A stretch of 51,169 bases of DNA from an uncultured Candidatus Saccharibacteria bacterium. Lineage in GTDB: Bacteria; Patescibacteriota; Minisyncoccia; SW-4-49-11. The translations under genes and the position numbers were made by a program. The notes beneath the pieces are model-generated. The model saw only the letters and a list, made by a program, of their open reading frames with translations, was not told where the DNA came from and made no database searches. The DNA is taken from NCBI GenBank assembly GCA_964633865.1, contig CAZWIJ010000009.1, forward strand, positions 876 through 52,044, in the 5' to 3' direction. Below, one piece after another: positions 46,817 through 51,169 of this stretch; positions within the stretch are counted from its first letter, which is position 1; each line of letters starts with the position of its first letter.

Positions 46817-49351
46817 ATGAAAAAAGAAATATCTTATATAGAAATATCAAAACAAAATCAAGAAGACATCTTTCAAGATTTAGAATCTAGTGATAGAGGT
46901 TTAGCAAAAAAAGATATTCAAAATAGAATTAATCTTTATGGAGACAATAATCTAAAACATCTAACAAAAACTCCACTTATAGTTAAATTTTTATCCAAAT
47001 TTACAGACCCTATAACTTTAACCTTACTTTTTGCAACTATTATAGCTTATATAATGGGTGAAGCTTTGAATGCAATTATTATAGGAGTTATTTTATTAGT
47101 GGGTGTTTTATTAGATTTTTATCAGGAGTATTCAGCAGATAAAAGTTTATCTAAATTATTAGCATCTATAAAATCTGAGTCTAAAGTTATAAGAGATGAT
47201 GTTCTTATAAAAGTTGAGGTTTCTAATATTGTGATTGGTGATGTTTTAGTATTAAGTGCTGGAGATTTAATTCCTGCTGATGCTAGAATAATCGAAGCAG
47301 ATGATTTTTTTGTTAATCAATCAGCAATTACAGGTGAATCTTTTCCAGTTCAAAAAATAAACACAATAAATTCTCAAAATAGTACTTCATTATTGGATTT
47401 AGAAAATATCATTTTTAGAGGAACTAATGTTATTAGTGGTAGTGCTAAAGCTATTGTTTTTAAAACTGGAGTTAATACTGAATTTGGTAAAATAGCTAAA
47501 ACTTTATATAAAGATAATGAAAAAAGTGATTTTGAGATGAATATAAATAAATTTGGACATTTTTTAATGAAGATAGTTTTTGTATTAGTGGTATTTATTT
47601 TTATAATTAATGCTTTATTTAAAAATGATCTATTAGAGTCATTTATGTTTGCAATAGCTATTGCAGTTGGAGTTACACCTGAGTTTTTACCAGTTATTTT
47701 ATCTGTTACAATGACAGCAGGGTCAATAAAAATGTCTAAAAAAGGTGTTATTGTTAAAACTTTGTCCACAATTCCAAATCTTGGAACAATGAATATTTTT
47801 TGTACTGATAAGACTGGAACTTTGACTCAAGATAAAATTTCATTAGTGAAATACACAGATTCTTTTGGTAATGAAGACGAAGGTATTTATAAACTATCTT
47901 ATATAAATAGTTATTTTCAAAAAGGTATCGCAAATCCTTTAGATGATGCTATTTTGAAATTTAAAAAGATTAACATAAAAGGTTATCATAAAGTAGATGA
48001 AATTCCTTATGATTTTTTTCGTAAAATGCTTACTATAATAGTAAAAAAAGACGATGATAATTTGTTAGTAACAAAAGGGGCTCCAGAAAATGTTTTAGAA
48101 AAATGTAAATTTATTAGGAAAGAAGGTAAAATATTAAAATTAACTAAATTAGAAAAAGAAAAAGCTATCTCAACATATCATTCACTGAGTGAAGAAGGTT
48201 ATAGAGTTTTGATGGTTGGAACTAAAGAAATAAAGTCAGACAAAATTTATAATAAAAAAGATGAATCAAATCTTATTATGGAAGGTTTTGTTGCTTTCTT
48301 GGACTTACCAAAAACTGATGTTAAGAAAGTGATTGGTGAAATGCAAAAGTTAGGTGTAGAGATCAAAATAATTACAGGAGATAATCATTTAGTTACAAGA
48401 AAAATTTGTAGTGAAGTAAATTTAGATATAAAAGGTATCATGACGGGATCAGATTTAAAATCTTTGACTGATGATGCTTTGAAGATTAAAGTAGAGCAAA
48501 ATACAATTTTTGCAAGATGTTCACCCGATGAGAAAAATAGAATAATTAATGCTCTTAGGTCAAATCAAAATATTGTTGGATATATGGGTGATGGTATCAA
48601 TGATGCTCCATCATTAAAAACTGCAGATGTAGGGATTTCTGTAAACTCAGGAGTAGATATAGCTAAGGAGTCAGCAGATATTATTTTGTTAAATAAAAGT
48701 TTGGAGGCAGTTGTAGATGGAATAAAAGAAGGTAGAAGAACTTTTGCTAATACAATGAAATATCTTATGATGATACTTAGTTCTAACTTAGGTAATATGG
48801 TTAGTGCAGCTTCAGCAGCTGTTTTTTTACCTTTCTTACCTATGCTACCAACACAAGTTGTTCTTAATGATTTATTATATGATATGTCACAACTATCCAT
48901 TTCATCAGATAATGTTGACTCTGATTGGGTGGATAAACCTCGTAAATGGGATTTAAATTTTATTAAGAAATTTATGTTCACATTTGGTCCAGTAAGTTCA
49001 ATTTTTGATATTACTACATTTGTTATACTTTATTTCATTTTGGGAGTTGGAGAATCAACTTTCCAGACAGCTTGGTTTATGCAATCTGTAGCTACTCAAA
49101 CTTTTGTTATTCATATAATTAGAACTAAAAAAATACCTTTTATACAAAGTAGGCCTAGTAAATTGATGTTAGTAAGTAGTATAATCTTTGTCACATTGGG
49201 TTGGATAATACCATATACAGGATTATTTAGATTTATGGGATTGAATCCAGTTCCACTAAATATCACATTAATTTTAGTTGGAACAACATTTATTTATTTG
49301 GTATTAGTGCATATTGTGAAAAATATTTTTTATAGTAAGGTTAAATTTTAA
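46817..49351 (+). CDS. mgtA: Magnesium-transporting P-type ATPase
   Basis: TGES, AVGVTPEFLP, CTDKTGTLT, KGAPE, TGD, MGDGINDAP, SSNLGNM, HIIRT. Confidence 0.9.
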   Translation: MKKEISYIEISKQNQEDIFQDLESSDRGLAKKDIQNRINLYGDNNLKHLTKTPLIVKFLSKFTDPITLTLLFATIIAYIMGEALNAIIIGVILLVGVLLDFYQEYSADKSLSKLLASIKSESKVIRDDVLIKVEVSNIVIGDVLVLSAGDLIPADARIIEADDFFVNQSAITGESFPVQKINTINSQNSTSLLDLENIIFRGTNVISGSAKAIVFKTGVNTEFGKIAKTLYKDNEKSDFEMNINKFGHFLMKIVFVLVVFIFIINALFKNDLLESFMFAIAIAVGVTPEFLPVILSVTMTAGSIKMSKKGVIVKTLSTIPNLGTMNIFCTDKTGTLTQDKISLVKYTDSFGNEDEGIYKLSYINSYFQKGIANPLDDAILKFKKINIKGYHKVDEIPYDFFRKMLTIIVKKDDDNLLVTKGAPENVLEKCKFIRKEGKILKLTKLEKEKAISTYHSLSEEGYRVLMVGTKEIKSDKIYNKKDESNLIMEGFVAFLDLPKTDVKKVIGEMQKLGVEIKIITGDNHLVTRKICSEVNLDIKGIMTGSDLKSLTDDALKIKVEQNTIFARCSPDEKNRIINALRSNQNIVGYMGDGINDAPSLKTADVGISVNSGVDIAKESADIILLNKSLEAVVDGIKEGRRTFANTMKYLMMILSSNLGNMVSAASAAVFLPFLPMLPTQVVLNDLLYDMSQLSISSDNVDSDWVDKPRKWDLNFIKKFMFTFGPVSSIFDITTFVILYFILGVGESTFQTAWFMQSVATQTFVIHIIRTKKIPFIQSRPSKLMLVSSIIFVTLGWIIPYTGLFRFMGLNPVPLNITLILVGTTFIYLVLVHIVKNIFYSKVKF

Positions 49352-49401
49352 AATTAAAAAAGATATGATATAATATAAGATAATAAATAATAATTAAAAA
49401 T

Positions 49402-51169
49402 ATGATAAATAAAACAGAAAAAAAAGGGTTTACGATAATAGAGATATTAATAACAATAGTATTAATAGGGTTAGTATTAGGAATAGCAATATATCTAATT
49501 AACCCAGAAAAGCAGTTTGCAAGAGGAAGAAATTTAGAGAGAATGAGTGAAATAAAGGTTATATACTCAGCAATAGAAAGATATAATTTAGTAAACAAAA
49601 AATATCCAGATGATGTATTAGAGATGGGGAAAGGTATAAATAGTGTAAAAGAAATTTGTGCAACAGGAAAGATAGAGCAAGGACAGCCACTAGGAGAAAT
49701 AAATTGTGAAGGAAAATTAGATTTAAGAGTATTAGTACCAACATATGTAAGTGAAATACCATCAGATAGTAGAAGTAAAAATGAAACAGAAGTAGAAGGA
49801 TCAGGATATGTGTTGTATGGGACAGGATACATGGCAATCAAAAAAAATGATGGTAATTTAGGTTTATATGCAAAAGTGCCAGAGAATGGAGCATTCTTAG
49901 GAATAGGAATAACAGAAGAAGAAATGCAAGAACCTCCAGAACCAACAGAGCCATCAAATATAATGGATTTAACAGCCACAGTAAATAATGGAGAAATAAT
50001 ATTAACATGGACAGAGCCATTTAATGGAAACAGTGAAATAATAGAATATCAATTAAACTATATTGTAGGGGCATTAGGATTTGAAATAATATTAAATCCA
50101 GCTAATTTGAGTTATGATATAGGAGCTAGAGAATATACATATACAGTAGGAAGTAGTGTAGAAGATGCAGGAATAAAAGATTTTATAAAAAGTATAGTAG
50201 ACCAAGGAGCAGAAATAAACTATATAGCGACATTAATATCAAAGAACGGAATAGGAGAAAGCCAAGAAAGTAACCAAATAGAAGTAAAAATAGGAATCCC
50301 AGACACAATAGAGAATTATCAGGCAAATATCACAGGATCAGAAGCATCAATAACATGGGAAAAGCCAAATATGAATGCAGGAGAATTTGTAGCATATAAG
50401 ATCAGATATAGTTATGATAACTTTGAAAGTTATCAGGAGATAGTATTAGGAGATGTTTCATCTCATAATTTTAATATAAATCAAAATGGAGAAATAAAAT
50501 TCGTAATAATAGCAGAGAATGAGTATGGAGAGAGCACAAATCCAACAAATATAATAACAAGAACAGTCTGTGCAGTAAATTGTGTAGATAATGGAGGAGC
50601 AAATATAACAATAGGAACAAATACAACATTTACAGAAGACCAACTAAATATAGGAACATTAACAATAAATAGTGGGGTAAGTATAAATACAGATAAAAAA
50701 ATACAAGCAAATAATATAACCTTAGGAGGAAGTATAACAAGTCCAGTAGGAACAGGATTAGATCTAAAAGTGACAGATAGTCTAGTATTATTAGCAACAG
50801 GAAGTATCAATGTAGATGGTAAAGGGTACCAAGGAGGATATAATGGTAATGTACAATATAGTGGAATTGGACCAGGAGCTGGAGCAGGAGGACCAGGAAC
50901 ATATGATGGATCAGGAGGAGGACATGGAGGAATAGGAGGATCAGGAGGACAAGTAGGAGGGACACAATATGGAAGTATAGAGAATCCAGAAGAGATGGGA
51001 AGCGGAGGAGGAAGAAATCCATATGGGATAGGAGGGAATGGAGGAGGATTAATAAGCCTAGTAATAGGAGGAAATGCAAATATAGTGGGAAATATAACAG
51101 CAAATGGACAGAATGGAGGAGGAGCCGGAGGAAGTATAAATATTGAGATAGGAGGAGCAATGAGTGGAA
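49402..51169 (+). CDS. Type IV pilin-like N-terminus fused to FN3 domains and a glycine-rich repeat domain; runs off the window and is missing from the ORF track
   Basis: ATG 49402: MINKTEKKG|FTIIEILITIVLIGLVLGIAIYLINP (class III signal, E5). Pilin Cys pair; FN3-like LTWTEP...IIEYQL and ITWEKP...YKIRY; then GSINVDGKGY...GGGHGG...YGS...MGSGGG. Frame +1 is open to the end; TGATATAAT at 49366-49374. Confidence 0.88.
   Translation, partial: MINKTEKKGFTIIEILITIVLIGLVLGIAIYLINPEKQFARGRNLERMSEIKVIYSAIERYNLVNKKYPDDVLEMGKGINSVKEICATGKIEQGQPLGEINCEGKLDLRVLVPTYVSEIPSDSRSKNETEVEGSGYVLYGTGYMAIKKNDGNLGLYAKVPENGAFLGIGITEEEMQEPPEPTEPSNIMDLTATVNNGEIILTWTEPFNGNSEIIEYQLNYIVGALGFEIILNPANLSYDIGAREYTYTVGSSVEDAGIKDFIKSIVDQGAEINYIATLISKNGIGESQESNQIEVKIGIPDTIENYQANITGSEASITWEKPNMNAGEFVAYKIRYSYDNFESYQEIVLGDVSSHNFNINQNGEIKFVIIAENEYGESTNPTNIITRTVCAVNCVDNGGANITIGTNTTFTEDQLNIGTLTINSGVSINTDKKIQANNITLGGSITSPVGTGLDLKVTDSLVLLATGSINVDGKGYQGGYNGNVQYSGIGPGAGAGGPGTYDGSGGGHGGIGGSGGQVGGTQYGSIENPEEMGSGGGRNPYGIGGNGGGLISLVIGGNANIVGNITANGQNGGGAGGSINIEIGGAMSG

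Noticed and set aside
49341-51160. Six minus-strand ORFs at the window end
   Set aside because: They are antisense shadows of the purine-rich pilin fusion on the plus strand, with Leu/Phe/Ile-rich low-information translations.

Overview
AT-rich bacterial chromosome segment read with the standard code 11. Gene content and style suggest a Patescibacteria/CPR genome (inference): almost no Shine-Dalgarno motifs, recurrent TGnTATAAT promoters, a compact RNase P RNA, DUF2207 and a pilin-fused surface protein. From left to right: the tail of a delta-60 repeat surface protein, an Erm-like rRNA methyltransferase, ruvA-rpiB, two orphan genes with their own promoters and terminators between rpiB and tkt, then a core block (tkt, ABC ATPase, DD-carboxypeptidase, parA, HIT, ftsK, RodZ-like, eno, atypical receiver protein, recJ). 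A minus-strand block follows with a sortase overlapping a ~3,100-aa isopeptide/DUF11 adhesin that ends in a non-canonical LDQAG sorting signal, a broken COG0523 GTPase with a candidate Zur-like operator, and DUF2207. Next come an ABC exporter, rnpB, a small Wzy-type polysaccharide cluster and tRNA-Glu(CTC). An accessory lipid/isoprenoid/metal block follows: sanA, fadD, VIT1, lycopene elongase-like UbiA, GGPP synthase, crtB, mgtA. The window ends in the start of a type IV pilin-FN3-glycine-rich fusion protein that is absent from the ORF track. Best candidates for new biology are the sortase-giant adhesin pair, the C50-carotenoid-like cluster next to fadD, and the orphan pair carrying a J-domain-like motif. 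All family calls come from motif recognition by eye; no searches were run.
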